From: the human T2T-CHM13v2.0 reference genome, Homo sapiens
Strand: one strand, 5' to 3'
NCBI RefSeq assembly: GCF_009914755.1
Contig: NC_060925.1
Length of the DNA: 64,000 bases
Notes under the pieces: model-generated
Seen by the model: only the letters and a program-made list of their open reading frames with translations
Database searches by the model: none
What the model was told of the DNA's origin: nothing
Translations under genes and position numbers: made by a program
Shown here: positions 30,270 to 43,890 of the stretch, piece by piece
How the letters are laid out: each line of letters starts with the position of its first letter
Position numbering within the stretch: position 1 is the stretch's first letter

Positions 30270-31250
30270 CAGTGAGCTTCGTACCTTCAGATGATTTTTA
30301 TTGCTCATTAATCTCCTTTTCTTTCAGATTGAAGAAATGCCTTTACCATTTCTTGTAGTATAGGTCTGGTGTTGATGAAATCCCTCAGCTTTTGTTTATC
30401 TGGGAAAGTCTTTATTTCTCCTATGTTTGATGGGTATTTTCACTGGATATGCTATTCTAGGTTAAAAGTTTTTTCCCTTCAGCACTTTAAATATGTTATG
30501 TCACTCTCTCCTTGCCTGTAAGGTTTCCACGGAGATGTCTGCTGCCAGACATATTGGAGCCTCTTTGTATGTTATTTGTTTCTTTTCTCTTGCTGTTTTT
30601 AGAATTCTTTCTTTATCCTTTATCTGTGGGAGTTTGATTACTAAATATCTTGAGGTAGCCTTATTTGGGTTAAATCTCCTTGACATTTAATAACCTTCTT
30701 GTATTTGAATATTGATATCTTTCTCTAGGCTTGGGAAGTTCTCTGTTATTATCCCTTTGAATAAACTTTCTACCCTGAGCTCTCTCTACTTCCTCTTTAA
30801 GGACAATAAATCTTAGGTTTGCCCTTTGGAGGCTGTTTTTGAGGTCTTGTAGGCAGGCATCATTCTTTTTTATTCTTTTTTCCTTTGTCTCCTCTGACTG
30901 TGTGTTTTCAAATACCCTGTCTCACAAAACTCTTTCTTCTTCATGATCAATTCTGCTCTTAAAAGACTCTGATGCATTCTTTACTATGTCAATTGCATTT
31001 TTCAACTCCAGAATTTCTGCTTGATTCCTTTTAATTATTTCAATATCCTTGTTAGAGTTATCTGATAGGATTCTGAATTTCTTTTCTTGAATTTTGTTAT
31101 CTTGAATTTTGTTGAGTTTCCCCCAGACAGCTATTTTGAATTCTTTGTCTGAAGGGTCACATAATTCTGTCTCTTCAGGATTGGTCCCTGGTGTCTTATT
31201 TATTTCATTTAGTAAGGTCATGTTTTTCTGGATGGTCTTGATGCTTGTGG
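30270..31250 (-). pseudogene. Disrupted L1 ORF1
   Basis: ORF-track peptides 30501-30686 and 30922-31221 resemble ORF1p. Confidence 0.8.
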
Positions 31251-33260
31251 ATGTTCCTTGGTGTCTGGGAATTGAAGAGTTAAATATTTATTATAGTCTT
31301 CATTGTTTGGGCTTGTGTGTACCTGTTCTTAGGAAGGCTTTCCAGGTATTCAAAATGACTTGGGTGTTGTGATCTGAGTTTTTAGTCACTGCAGCTGTAT
31401 CTGCATTAGGGAGCACTCCAAGCCCAGTAACACTGTGGCTCTTGCAGATTTGTAGAGTTATCACCTTGGTGGTCTTGGATAAGATTTGGAAGAATTCTCT
31501 GGGTTACCAGGCAGACAGTCTTGTTCTTTTCCCTTTCTCCCAGGCAAATGGAGTCTCTCTCTCTGTGCTGAGCTTCCTGGAGCTGGGGGAGGGGTGACAC
31601 AGGCACCCCTGTGGCCAGTACCATGAGGCTATGCTGGGTCAGACTTGAAGTCAGCACAGCACTGGGTCTTGCCCAAGGCCTGTTGTAATCACTGCCTAGT
31701 TACTGTCTAACTTTGCTCAAGGCCCTAACACTCTACAATCATCAGGTGGTAAAGCCAGCCAGGCTTTTGTCCTTCTCTTTAGGGAGGTAGGTTACCTCCA
31801 GTCCTGGGAAGGTCCAGAGATGCCATCTGGGAGCCAGGGCTTACAGTTGAAAACCTTAGGATTCCATCTGGTGCTCTATTCTACTATGGCTGGGCTGACA
31901 CCCAAGTCACAAGACAAAGTCTTTTCCACTCTTCTCTACCCTTTCCACAATCAGAGGAGTCTCTTCCCATAGCCACCACTGCTCTAGACCTGTGACGAGT
32001 ACTTCCTGACTACCTCCAATGTTCATTCTAGGCCCAAGGGCTCTTCATTCAGCTTGTTGTGAATGCTGCCAGGCCTGGGACTCTCCCTTCAGGTCAGTGG
32101 GCTCCCTTCTTGCTCTGGGCTAGTCCAGAAATGATATCTACAAGCCAAGGCCTGGACTCAGGGACCCCAAGAATCAGCACAGTGCTCTACACAACTGTGT
32201 CCAAATTAATACCTAATCTGCAAGACAAAGTTCCCTGTATTCTTCCTTCCCCTTTCCTCAAGCAAGAGTCTCTCTCCATAGTCACCACAGCTGGGAATGC
32301 ACCTGGCCACACCTGAAGCCAGCATGGTCTTGTATCTCACCCAAGGCCCATGGCAAGTACTGCCTGGATACCACTGCTGATTATTCAGGGCCCAAGGGTT
32401 ATTTAGTCAATAGATGATGAATCCTGCCAGGACTGGGTCCTTCCCTTCAAGACAGCTGGTTCTTTTCTGGGCCAGGGTGTCTAGTAATGTCATCTGGGAG
32501 CTAGGGTCTGGAATGGTGCCCTTTCTTGCTATAGCTGAGCTGGTATCCAACTTGCAAGACAAAATTCTCTTTGCTTCCCCATCTCCTCTCCTCAAATGGA
32601 GGGAAGGCGTCTCACCCACAGCTGCAAGCTGTGCTGTCTGGGCTTTGGAGAGGGATCGTGCAAACACTCTCTTGGCCACCCTGGCTGGTGTCTCACTAGC
32701 TTGTGTGTCTATCAAGTAAACTGGCTCTGAGCTTAGCCCAGCACCAGGAATTGCCCCAGAATTGCAATCTTTGTGGCCTAGACTTCCTTTCAAGTTTTTA
32801 TAGGGTCCCAGAGCACTTTAGCCCTCAGTGACGAGGCTTGCCACAACTCAGACTCCAACTACTGGGATAAGTGATTATCCTCTGGCTAGGATGGCTGTAA
32901 ATGCTCCCTCCATGGTCACTGGCTGAGTTCTGCCTGGTGTTGCTTTCTGCTGTGACAGGCAGCACTGGGTTCCAATGCAAAGTCCCACAGTCACTGTCCT
33001 CTCCCTCTTCCAAGCACACAGATTCTCTCTCCATGCCACACAACTGCTGCTGGGGGATGGGGGAAGCGTGGGATCAGCAATTCAAGACTCTTTCCTACTC
33101 TCTTCAGTACCTCTTTCAGTGATAGGAAGTTAAAACCAGGTACTATGATCACTCAGCTGAGAGTGGATAGTTGTTCAATTTGTGTTCAATTTGGTGTTTC
33201 TGTAGGGAGGATGATTGGTGGAGGCTTCTATTTGGCCATCTTTCGCTGCATCCTCTTCCC

Positions 33261-33397
33261 TAATTTTTAAATTTTTTGTAGAGAAAGGATCTTGCTATAT
33301 TGCCCAGGCTGATCTCGAACTCCTAGCCTCAAACAATGCTCTTACCTTGGCCTCCCAACATGCTGAGATTACAGGCATGAGCCACCATGTATGGCTG
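33261..33397 (-). mobile_element. AluJ left arm / FLAM monomer
   Basis: ttttgtagag..ttgcccaggctgatctcgaactcctagcctcaa..attacaggcatgagccacc. Confidence 0.8.
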
Positions 33398-33405
33398 CAT
33401 TATAT

Positions 33406-33724
<319 letters not shown>

Positions 33725-33740
33725 GGCTGCATTATATTCT

Positions 33741-34518
33741 TTTTTTTTTCTTTTTCTTGTTATTTATGTATTTTTTTCTTTTTCTTTTTTTAAATTTTTT
33801 TATTTTTTATTATTATTATTATACTTTATGTTTTAGGGTACATGTGCACAATGTGCAGATTTGTTACATATGTATACATGTGCCATGTTGGTGTGCTGCA
33901 CCCATTAACTCGTCATTTAGCATTAGGTATATCTCCAAATACTATTCCTCCCCCCTCCCCCCACCCCACAACAGTCCCTGGAGTGTGATGTTCCCCTTCC
34001 TGTGTCCATGTGTTCTCATTGTTCAGTTCCCACCTATGAGTGAGAACATGCGGTGTTTGGTTTTTTGTCCTTGTGATAGTTTGCTGAGAATGATGGTTTC
34101 CAGATTCATCCATGTCTCTATAAAGGATATGAACTCATCATTTTTTACGGCTGCATAGTATTCCATGGTGTATATGTGCCACATTTTCTTAATCCAGTCT
34201 ATCGTTATTGGACATTTGGGTTGGTTCCAAGTCTTTGCTATTGTGAATAGTGCCACAATAAACATACGTGTGCATGTGTCTTTATAGCAGCATGATTTAT
34301 AATCCTTTGGGTATATACCCAGTAATGGGATGGCTGGGTCAAATGGTATTTCTAGTTCTAGATCCCTGAGGAATCGCCACACTGACATCCACAATGGTTG
34401 AACTAGTTTATAGTCCCACCAACAGTGTAAAAGTGTTCCTATTTCTCCACATCCTCTCCGGCACCTGTTGTTTCCTGACTTTTTAATGATCGCCATTCTA
34501 ACTGGTGCGAGATGGTAT
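33741..34518 (-). mobile_element. 5'-truncated young L1PA (L1PA3/4-like), ~780 bp
   Basis: Long T/(TAT)n tail; 3' UTR ttttagggtacatgtgcacaatgtgcag; uninterrupted ORF2 C-terminus 34023-34496 ([12 protein letters not shown]...HRMFSLIGGN); TSD tattctt. Confidence 0.93.
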
Positions 34519-36939
34519 TCTTAAAGAAGAATAAAATCTCAGAGTTGGGAAGGAATTTTAAAGGTCTTAAGAACTACCTAGTCTTCAGTTCTAATGTCTG
34601 TAATAGTGGTAACTACCAGAGGTTTAATATAAATGTTAGATTTTAAGCATATATTCTTCACTTTGTTTTTAGAAAATTTACCAAAACAGCAATAAAAGGA
34701 AAACACATATGTAACCTAGGTGCTTTCATGGTTCCAGCTCCTGACAAACCACCGTAACTGAGGAATTAAAGCTGTAACAAATGATTGAACAGCTGTATAG
34801 TAAGAAATAAATTGACAATTAGTTCAGAGAAATTTTTGTTCTTGATATTAGATCTTAGCTACTCACATGTCAGGATTTGGTAAATAATTTAAAAAGAATG
34901 ATCATATTGAGAGAATTTGAAAAATGTTACAAACTACCTACTAGGTAGCCCAAGACAGTGTTAAAATAATCACGACCATAGCATTCATCAACTCTAGGCA
35001 TTCCCTGACTGGATATGAGAATGACTGGCTGAATATGAGAAGGTCCCATTCTGTGTACCAAGATGACTTTCTCAAACACTGTTTCAAAATAGAAAACCTG
35101 GATGGGATAGAAAGTTCCCACAGGTTCTGAAACTCTCACCAAGAGCTCTTGCAAAATTTGGCAAGAATCATAATTTACATTTACTTAACCGTTCTCTGCC
35201 AATAGAGCTGTAGTCTCTGCTGTTGATGTTGGAAATAAACACTCTAAAGTAATTTCTTTTTACCATCAACATTTGTAAAAGAGAGAGAGACTCAAATGCC
35301 TCAAAACAATGCTTATCTAACAAAAATTATTTTGTAGAATAAATGTTTGCTTCTAGACTGAAAACCTGCCACATTTCATGTTAGCCTAATATGTCTTCAA
35401 AGTGACAAACTACTTGACAATTGACAAATGATTAACAAGAAGAAAAAAGTGTACTGAAACACTCATCTGTGGAGATTTTAAAAGGGGAGGAATGGATAGA
35501 TAAAGACCCAGGTTGAACTGTTTGTCTTGCCTTTCAGAATAATTGTATTAATTATTTTGGGAACACTTGAGGGAAAACACTGAAAGGCAGAGTCCAGTTG
35601 GCTTCATTTCTCATTAAATTCTTTAAAGACCTGCGCAATTAATCTTCCAGTTGCTCTCTTCATTCTGTGTGCATTTCTTCTCTCTTTTTACCAGGATAGC
35701 TGGTTCTGAGTGCTACCCTAGCCCAGGCCTCCCTTTCCCACCAGCACATCTAGGAGGCTGTGTCTTTTTCTTACTCCAATATCCAGAAAAGAGAAGCTCA
35801 TTGCTTATGCTGCAATTTTGATAACCTAACTGGCAGAACAGTTATTCAAATTTTAAGCTTCTGAATGCAGCAAGATCAACCTGGCCTATCCACATAAATA
35901 ATTTTGACATGATAAGTATGCGAGAGCGATGATAACCGATAAGTGAAGCAATTACCTTGCTTTTTTGGATTATATTAAATGAAGATTCTGATAGAGTAAT
36001 GAAAAGAGACAAAGCAGACAAAAAGTCGGCTGCAGAGCTTTTGGGCACTGTGTTATCTCTATTATTCCATATTGAAATAGAGAAGCTATCACCAATCATG
36101 CATTTCTATGTAACTTCTGGCTTCTAACGGTGAACAATGAATAAATTGTCACAAGACAGTAACTGATAAATTGGGATTGGCAGTGCTTTTTAAAAAGCAT
36201 AAATAAATTTACTGGTCACCTTTTTCTTTTTCAAAGCAGTTTTTAAGGGGCTGTTGGAGGTGGGTGGGTGGGCAGAATCTATTACAACTTATGCCTATTT
36301 CCTACCCTTATCATAGCCCCTTCTCTGACACTATTCTTTGTTTAGTAATCAATTTTAAGGAATCAAGAATGTATCCTGGCATTATTAACACATTTCACCA
36401 ATCTATGGCCCTCTTAATTGGGTATGTGGCTTGAGTGTCTGGAATTCACAACATTAAGTTAGTGTAAAAAGTTTGTTTTTGGGAAAGCAAGTCTTTCAAA
36501 TAAAGGTAAGTATAAAATATGGACACTTATTTCCATGAGCCTTGGGTTCCAGCAGAAAGAAAGTTGTTTAACAGCCTACAAATGCTTTCATGATGGCCCA
36601 GTCCTGTATTTGCACATAGTTTGGAAATAATATTCCCCTTGTCGGAGAAGGTAGCAATAGCCACTTCTATCATCATAAACCTCTTAAATTACAGAGACCC
36701 ATATATATGAGTAAATGAAGTTTTCCAATTCAAATAATTCCAACTCAATATCCTGGCAAAGTCTGTTCACCCAGCAAGTTTGCAGGTTTAATGGTGACTT
36801 GTTTATTTATTTATATTTTCTTTTTCAGATGGTCTGTGGCATCATGAGAGGGCTGGGTTTAGGAATGAATAGGATTCAGTTCTTTTCTCAATTACAACCT
36901 GGACTGCCTAAGCTAGTTATATTAACACACTATCCACCA

Positions 36940-37130
36940 TGGTGTGGAGGAGGGAGCTTGAATATGGAGGTGGAAGGGCAGTGTTCAAGTCTCAATGCTA
37001 CCACTTACTTGTGGGAACTGAGTTTTACTCTAAGTGTCTCATCTGTGAAATGGGACTAATACACTTTGAAGGAAAGTATGGTAGTGACAGTGTATTCTAA
37101 ACAATTAAGTACTGTTCAAATGTTAGTATT
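36940..37130 (+). mobile_element. MIR SINE
   Basis: gttcaagtctcaatgctaccacttact..ctcatctgtgaaatggg. Confidence 0.6.
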
Positions 37131-37148
37131 TATCCGGCTGGTGAATAC

Positions 37149-37607
37149 TGTCTTAGTTTGTTTTATGTTGCTATAAAAGAATACCTGAGGCTGGGTCATT
37201 TATAAAGAAAAGAGGTTTATTTAGCTCACCATTCTGCAGGCTGGAAAGTGCAAGAAACATGGTGCCAGCATCTGCTCAGCTTCTGGTAAGGGCCATGTGC
37301 TAGGTCAAAACATGGTGGAGAAGGTCAAAGGGGTTGTGGACCTGTGCAAAGAAAGAAAACCCAAGGGGTTCTGGCTTTCTAACAACCCACTCTCAAGGAA
37401 GCTAATCCATTACTGAGGGAACTAATCCAGTCTCGCCAGGGTGAGAACTCACTCACTACCTGGAGAAGGGCACAAACCATTCATGAGGGATCCACCCCTG
37501 TGACCCAAATACCTCCCACAAATCTCACCTCCCAAAAATGCCACATTGGGGATCAAATTCAACCTGAGTTTTGGTGGGGACAAACAAACCATTTACAAAC
37601 CATAGCA
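37149..37607 (-). mobile_element. MaLR solo LTR (MSTB-like)
   Basis: tgtcttagtttg..gaatacctgaggctggg..caaaccatagca; TSD aatac/aatgc. Confidence 0.88.
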
Positions 37608-38467
37608 AATGCCACATCTCGAGGTATAAAGGAAAGACCAGTTCCAATGTTGCCATTGGCTTTATCAAGAAAGTTGGAGTTTCAGGCCAGTCAGTTGTAA
37701 TGGCAGGGTGGGCTGACAGTTCCATGAAACAAAGAGAGTGGGAATAAGTATCATTAGTCTTCTGCTCCTACAAGTAAGATCATTTACGTTTTCTCTCATT
37801 AAAAACAGAAAAAGAAAACCATGCCCATGGTCACTTTTCAAAATGAAAGGGCCAATAAAGAATTTATTTAAAGCAAATCACATTTGATTAAATTATTATC
37901 ATTATGGTGTTTGAAATAACATTTGTTCTGTTTATCAGTCTCCAGTCTTACTGCATCAGCAAAGAATTTGCCTTTGAAGACCAGGAAAACAACAACATGG
38001 AAATGCAGCCCAGTGCCTGCACCAGACTGGATCCTTGATTGTTTTTCGCTAGTTCTTTACTACATGCCTGCAATTCTAGAGCTCAAACTTCTAGACCTCA
38101 AGTTATGCAAGTTAATGAGAGCTAGGCTGAGAGAATCAGAGGATATAGGGGAGAAATGGAAGGATGAGAAAAGGAAATATTGACATTGTTAACCCCAATG
38201 CAAAGTCTGGTTTTACATTTGCTTGGCAGTTGTTTCATTTTAAGAACACATTTAGAAAGCTGACTTCATAAAACTATTTGTTACCCATCCTGGTGTCTTG
38301 AATGTATAATTTCTTCCCTGCAATAAAAAAGATTGGTTGTTGGTGTTACTTGAAATAAAGGCAAAGATTTTTTTGTCAATTTGTACATAACTACCACTAG
38401 CCTTATCCTCAAATTTGAGAAATCAGCAATCTTAAAGTATAATTTGACTATGATTGGTCACAATGAG

Positions 38468-38535
38468 AGAGGTAGGTATTCATCAGAGGGACACAGGTAA
38501 CCAAAGAGGTAGGTATTCATTAGAGGGGCACAGGT
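38468..38535. repeat. Two-copy tandem duplication, period 37 bp
   Basis: agaggtaggtattcatcagagggacacaggt / agaggtaggtattcattagaggggcacaggt (29/31 identical). Confidence 0.9.
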
Positions 38536-39784
38536 GTGCCCCTATGGCACAATGCCAATTGTGGTGCTTTGTCAAGAGCAGAAACCAGGAGCCCCCAAAG
38601 GACTCCCCCTACCCACACCATCCTGGCCACTGTAGAACCCCATGCCTCCTCCAGAGCTCCCTGCCACCCAACAACTAAAGGTTAATGATGGGCACACCTG
38701 GGGTCTCCATGTGTCCATTCTGATTGGTCATTACCTGTTTCCTACTTGTTATTAATTATATAAACATCATGGATATCTATTTAGTACTACAAAGTCAAGT
38801 GCAAAGAACAGACATCTATATTTCGGCCTACAGAAATGAACTTTTGTCTGTTGCCTTTAAAAGAAGTCGAGATAAGCCTAATAGAATCCACAAAGGCAAA
38901 CTTAGGGACATTTAATACTTTCAGTCTGTGTATTTTATGGGCTACTCTGGGTATGTTTGATAAGGATTCAGAAGCTTACCACTTGAATGGGTATTATACA
39001 CATGGAGAAAACCATAATCATAGGATTTTTGCACCCACTGACAAAGATCCTTTAATAAGCCAAATATCCTGCAGCCCTTTTTTATGGTATTATGGCTTTG
39101 ACAACTAACCTTAAAAATATGCAGTAGATCCAAAAGAATTAAGGTTGAACCTGTCCACACCATTTAGAAGAGCATTGATGTACTTACAAGATCTGAAAAA
39201 AATCTACGTCAGGCTTGTACATGTCCCAGAACATAAGTAGGGTTTCCATAAAATCTAGACAGTATTCCAGGACAGTCTAGGATCCCAATCAGTAACTGTA
39301 CTTACAGATTATGTACTTTGTGAACATTTTGTATTGAAAGAGGAATACAAATAAGAACTTCTGATGAGGTAACCATGGATCAACCTGGCCACTACTGAAT
39401 CAGTGCATCCTGAAGTCTGAGGATGTGTCTCCGTGCAGCCCAGGAGATGCAGCTGGCTCACACCTTCACTGAGTTCATCCACACTGATTTGGTCACATGG
39501 AAGGTGATAGCTGTGGTGTGGGTAGGACACAGTAAGTTAGGAAGAGGTAAGGATATTTTTTCCCACTAGGGAGAGTATAAATATAAGGATACCATCTTTC
39601 CTTCTCCCTCAAGGGTCCATATTCCTTATTCCCATTGTCTAGCCCACAGCAAACATTCAACATTTGTTGAAAACATAAGTATTCTTGGAGATGAAATGTT
39701 AAGTCTTTTTTTCGTACTGCATGCTGTTTCTACTTCTTGAGATGATCTTTTTCTCATTCCCTTTATGCCAACTCCTTCTTCTTC

Positions 39785-40090
39785 TTCATTATTTATTCAT
39801 CAAATATTTATTGAGTGCTTAGTGTAAGCCAGGAACTGTGTAAGGAACTGGGATAGTGCTCTGAACTAGACCTGGCTCAAATATCACCACCTCTGGGAAG
39901 CTTTCCCTGAGTTTCTTGGGCAGGAGTTGCCCCATGATAATTTGTTATAATACTTATTACATTCCATTTTAATTCGTGGTGTCTGGTTCTTTCCCCAACT
40001 CTAAACTGTGGTTTTCTTGAAGGTGAAGAGTGGATCTTGATTATCACTGTATCCTCATAGCTGAAAATGAGTGTACATATAGCAACCCAT
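39785..40090. mobile_element. L2 relics (minus 3' end, then plus fragment)
   Basis: cattatttattcatcaaatatttattgagtgctt; ggctcaaatatcaccacctctgggaagctttccctga. Confidence 0.55.
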
Positions 40091-40108
40091 CAAAACATTA
40101 CTGGTGAT

Positions 40109-41071
40109 TGTGGTACGTTGATTGCAAAAATGACCAAGATTCTTTTTTTTCTTCTTTCCAACTTTTATTTTAGGTTCAAGGGGTACATGTGCAGATTTGT
40201 TACATGCATAAAATGCATGTCATAGGGGTTTGATGTAAAGATAAGTTTGTCACCCAGGTAATCAGCATAATACCCAATAGGTTGTTTTTTCTATCTTTAT
40301 TCTCCTTTTACCCTTCATCCTCAAGCAGGCCATGGTGTCTATTGTTCCCTTCTTTGTGTCCATATGCACTCAATGTTTAGCTCCCACTTATAAGTGAGAA
40401 CATGTAGTATTTGGTTTTCTGTTCCTGTGTTAATTTGCTTAGGATAATGGCCTCCAGCTCCATCTATGTTGCTGCAAAGAACATGATTTCATTCTTTCTT
40501 GTGGCTGTGTAGTATTTCATGGTGTATATGTACCACATTTTCTTTATCCAGTCCACCACTGATGGACATTTAGGTTGATTCCATGAAAAATGACCATGAT
40601 TCTTCACCTCTCCCTGCAGCCATGACCTTGTCATATAACCTGGTAGGTCCTTCCTACAAGAGTAGAGCTTTATTTTCCCACTTCTGGCATCTGGGTTGGT
40701 ATTGTGACATGTTCTGGCCAATAGAAGATCGCAACAATGATAGTGTGCCAATTCTGAGCCTACACCTCAAGAAGGAGCAAGTCTGATCTAGCCTGGTGAT
40801 TGATGAGAGATCCATGGCTTGGTTACCTTTGCTTCCCCAGTTAACAGCCAGCCAAATGCCATACATGAGTAAGGCTATTCTAAGCTAGCAGCCCTCAGTC
40901 AACTCAACAGCTGGACACAAACAAATAAGAATGCACCACTAAGATATGCTGAGCCAGGCACAGATTAGCCAACTATCTGTTTGATCTGTAAACTCATGAA
41001 AAGTAATAAATGCTTATTGTTTGAAGCCAGTTTTGGTGTGATTTGTTATGCAGCAACGTCTAACTAGTACG
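40109..41071 (+). mobile_element. MaLR solo LTR (MLT1G/H-like) split by an L1PA insertion
   Basis: tgtggta..ttgcaaaaatgacc start; tttgttatgcagcaa..taactagtac end; TSD gtgat/gtgct. Confidence 0.75.
40145..40585 (-). mobile_element. 5'-truncated L1PA13-16-like 3' end
   Basis: ccaacttttattttaggttcaaggggtacatgtgcag; 19-bp TSD aaaaatgacca(a/t)gattctt (40126-40144 / 40586-40604). Confidence 0.88.
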
Positions 41072-43149
41072 GTGCTTTTTCTTCTTCTAATTTTTTTTCT
41101 TCCTCCTACTTAAAAAAGAAAAAAAGATTGTGTATACTCTTGACTAGAAAGCTTAGCATTTCATATGGGGAAAAGCATTCAAGTGTTTGTCTTAGGCTAG
41201 CCACTGCTGATCTTGGCCCTTATAAAAATCATGAACCTACTGAATATTAGAGCTGCCAATGAGCTATTTGTCATCTTAACATGACAATTCTTGAAAAGGA
41301 AACTGAGTCAAAAGAATTGGTGTAAGTTACTCAAGGTTGCCCAGCCAATTAAGTAGTGCAGACTCTATCACAGTTTATTTTGATGAGGTACCAGAGAAGA
41401 ACCACTGGCCTCCATAGCTATGGCACATTTCTCACTTCCCTACCAAGCTTTGATCACTAAAGTCTTTCATTTATCCTCTTTTTTTTAAAGGTGCAGGTGG
41501 CACAAACTGTTCATAAACATAGTCCTAGATGCTATAAGTATCCAAGAATGAGGTTACCAAATTACTCCATTACTAAAGAAATGCAGTATGTATATTTTCT
41601 TCTGCCTCATTTATGGTGTTTTTGGATCCTCACTGCAGACTACTCTGATGCCAAGACTTCCCCAACAGACAGATATGTGCACATGTATGCCTCCTCATCT
41701 CCAAACTTATTAGTGTAACAAAACATCAATTCCTCAATTGGCCGAATGATGATTAAATTCTGACTCAGAGGTCATGATCACTCTCCTGTTTTGTTTGCCA
41801 GAGGAATTTCATTTGCTGCTGGATCATGTGATTCTTGGGTGACCAAAATCAAACAGAACTCAAGCCCAAGACCTCTTCAAGGATAGTTATTTTTCTTAGT
41901 AAGAAGCTAAGACCTTCATCCGAAAGATATTCTGGGACCTAACACTTTTGTGTACGACTTAGTTGAATATAATGGAAACAACCTTTGCTGAGTAGGTAAA
42001 AGAGTGATGGGCTGGAGGTTGGCAGGAAAGAGCTGAGAGTTGTAGGCGAAGCATGTTAATGTCGATACATTTTTTTCCCAATGCAAGTCAATGGTGAGGA
42101 AGCTAGTATGTATACTTAGTCAACATTTATAATCGACGGCAGCTATGAAGGAAAAGCATTTGGTATTGATCTTCTCTTAATCAGAAATCAGAATGAATTT
42201 TATCTCATGACAAAGTAAAATTAACTATTTTGTTAATTACTATAATTATCTTTCCCACATTTATTTTGACAGCAGTGTCAGGGATAGAAAACTATCTCCT
42301 TATATTGCCTCTTGCCTATTATGAATTACAAATTCTTACAATTTTGATAAATGATTTCATTCTCTCCTTTACACTTGCTTTGGGGCCTTTTGCAATACAT
42401 GATTTTTCAGAGAAATGCCTTGGTGATTAAAAAGTAAAGAAATTCAAAGAAAGGTCATATCAAAAAGACTACTACATGGAGAGGCCTTGGAACTGCCTGC
42501 CAATGACAAGAAGTCTCATTTTTCCTTGCCTTTTCACTCTAAGGGTGTTCCAGAACTCAGGAATGCTGGAAGCAAAAATTAAGAGATCGTTGTGATTGGT
42601 TAAGGATTTTTCCACCCAGGATTACTGTAAATGTGACTTTTAGCTAAGGCTTAAATTTTCTTGATGATACGTGATAGTTAAGACCCATTCTTAAGTAAGT
42701 AGAAGAAAATTTTCAGGTCACCATGAACAGTCAAACCTAGGAATAAATCTTGGTACATTGTTCAGGCAAATCTCCACCAGTTTTCATAGGGACCTCAGAC
42801 CTCCCTGACTCTACGGTTGTTCCTCTCTTGGGCTTTACAGACCATCCTTCACTTCCCTCTTCTGGTACCTTCAGAAGGCAAAGAGCTTGGATAAGAGAAA
42901 GAGCCATGAACTCTGTCAGGACCAAAAGGAAAGATACTGTTTGTTAATGTAAACACTTTATTATCCAGGTAGGCATGACTTCTCTGAGGGTCATGCTGGC
43001 AGCATTTTGCCAAAGAACAAATTCTTCACTAAAATGCTAATCCTCTGAAATGGGCTTGTTTCATCCAGCTTGTGAAGCAGGTAGAGTAAAGGTAAATGTC
43101 AAGCTAGCTGTTATTTTTATCGTGATGGTCAGAATATAATGAAACGTAT

Positions 43150-43575
43150 TCATGCATGCATTTATTCACTTATCAAACAGTTATTAGGCACCTACTATGT
43201 GCTGGGCATGATGGCAGGTATTAGGGGGATCCACATTTTGCCTTGTGAGACTCTCAGACCATTAGGGGAAGCAGGCACATAAACAGAAGATTACAGAACA
43301 TTGGCAAGAACATTTTTTTCAGCTCTTATTGGCTCCCTTTTAGTAAAACTAATTTCTGTGACTTACTTGGTATTCATGGGAAGATGGATAAAGTTTGCTT
43401 AGGAAACCTATAGGTTGGAGGGAATGCCCACAAAAACATAAAGAGATAAGCAGGAGGCAAGCCCATGTTGCCACAAGAGAACATCAAGATGCACCTCATC
43501 CATATTTGGGAGTAGCAGGAGGTAAGAGCAGAAAAGGCTGGCTGAAAGAGATGACTCCTGGAATAAATCTTAATA
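43150..43575 (-). mobile_element. L2 fragments
   Basis: cattcacttatcaaacagttattaggcacctactatgtgctgggc; gaaaaggctggctgaaagagatgac. Confidence 0.55.
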
Positions 43576-43867
43576 TAAATGTGAATTGATTTCCAAAGCA
43601 GTACCACTAACACAGAGAATATTAGAGAGAGACTAATGTTGCGTCTTCATGGAACCTCTGTCCTTATTAAGCAACTCTACATATAAGAGCATCAGGGTCA
43701 ACTGAAACATGTTTCAGGGTTGTCCATTTTATACTCTGGCAAGTCCATGGAGAATTTTCTGTAGACTGTTCAACTTGTTCATGCTGGCAAGTCAATGAAC
43801 TAATCTGGCCTATTCAAATGGGAGTATAAAGTGGTTTATATTGTGTTTTGTGGTTAGTTTTCATTTC

Positions 43868-43890
43868 TATTATTATTATTATTATTATTA
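43868..43890. repeat. (TAT)n microsatellite
   Basis: About 7 TAT units. Confidence 0.85.

Larger units (their letters stand above)
25922..33260 (-). mobile_element. Near full-length ancient LINE-1 (L1MA1-3/L1M1-2-like), inactive, lacking the 3' terminus and poly-A
   Basis: ORF2 remnants: EN DIYRTF..SRID..SDHNGIKLEI (29053-29277) and [12 protein letters not shown] (27498-27734). ORF1 remnants: KDKERILKTAREKKQITYK (30501-30686) and coiled coil (30922-31221). 5' end tatttggccatct. Confidence 0.93.

Noticed and set aside
33945-33970. G-quadruplex as a novel element
   Set aside because: This is the known G-rich tract of the L1PA 3' UTR
34023-34496. Intact 157-aa ORF as a functional gene
   Set aside because: It is the C-terminus of L1 ORF2p in a 5'-truncated, promoterless L1PA copy
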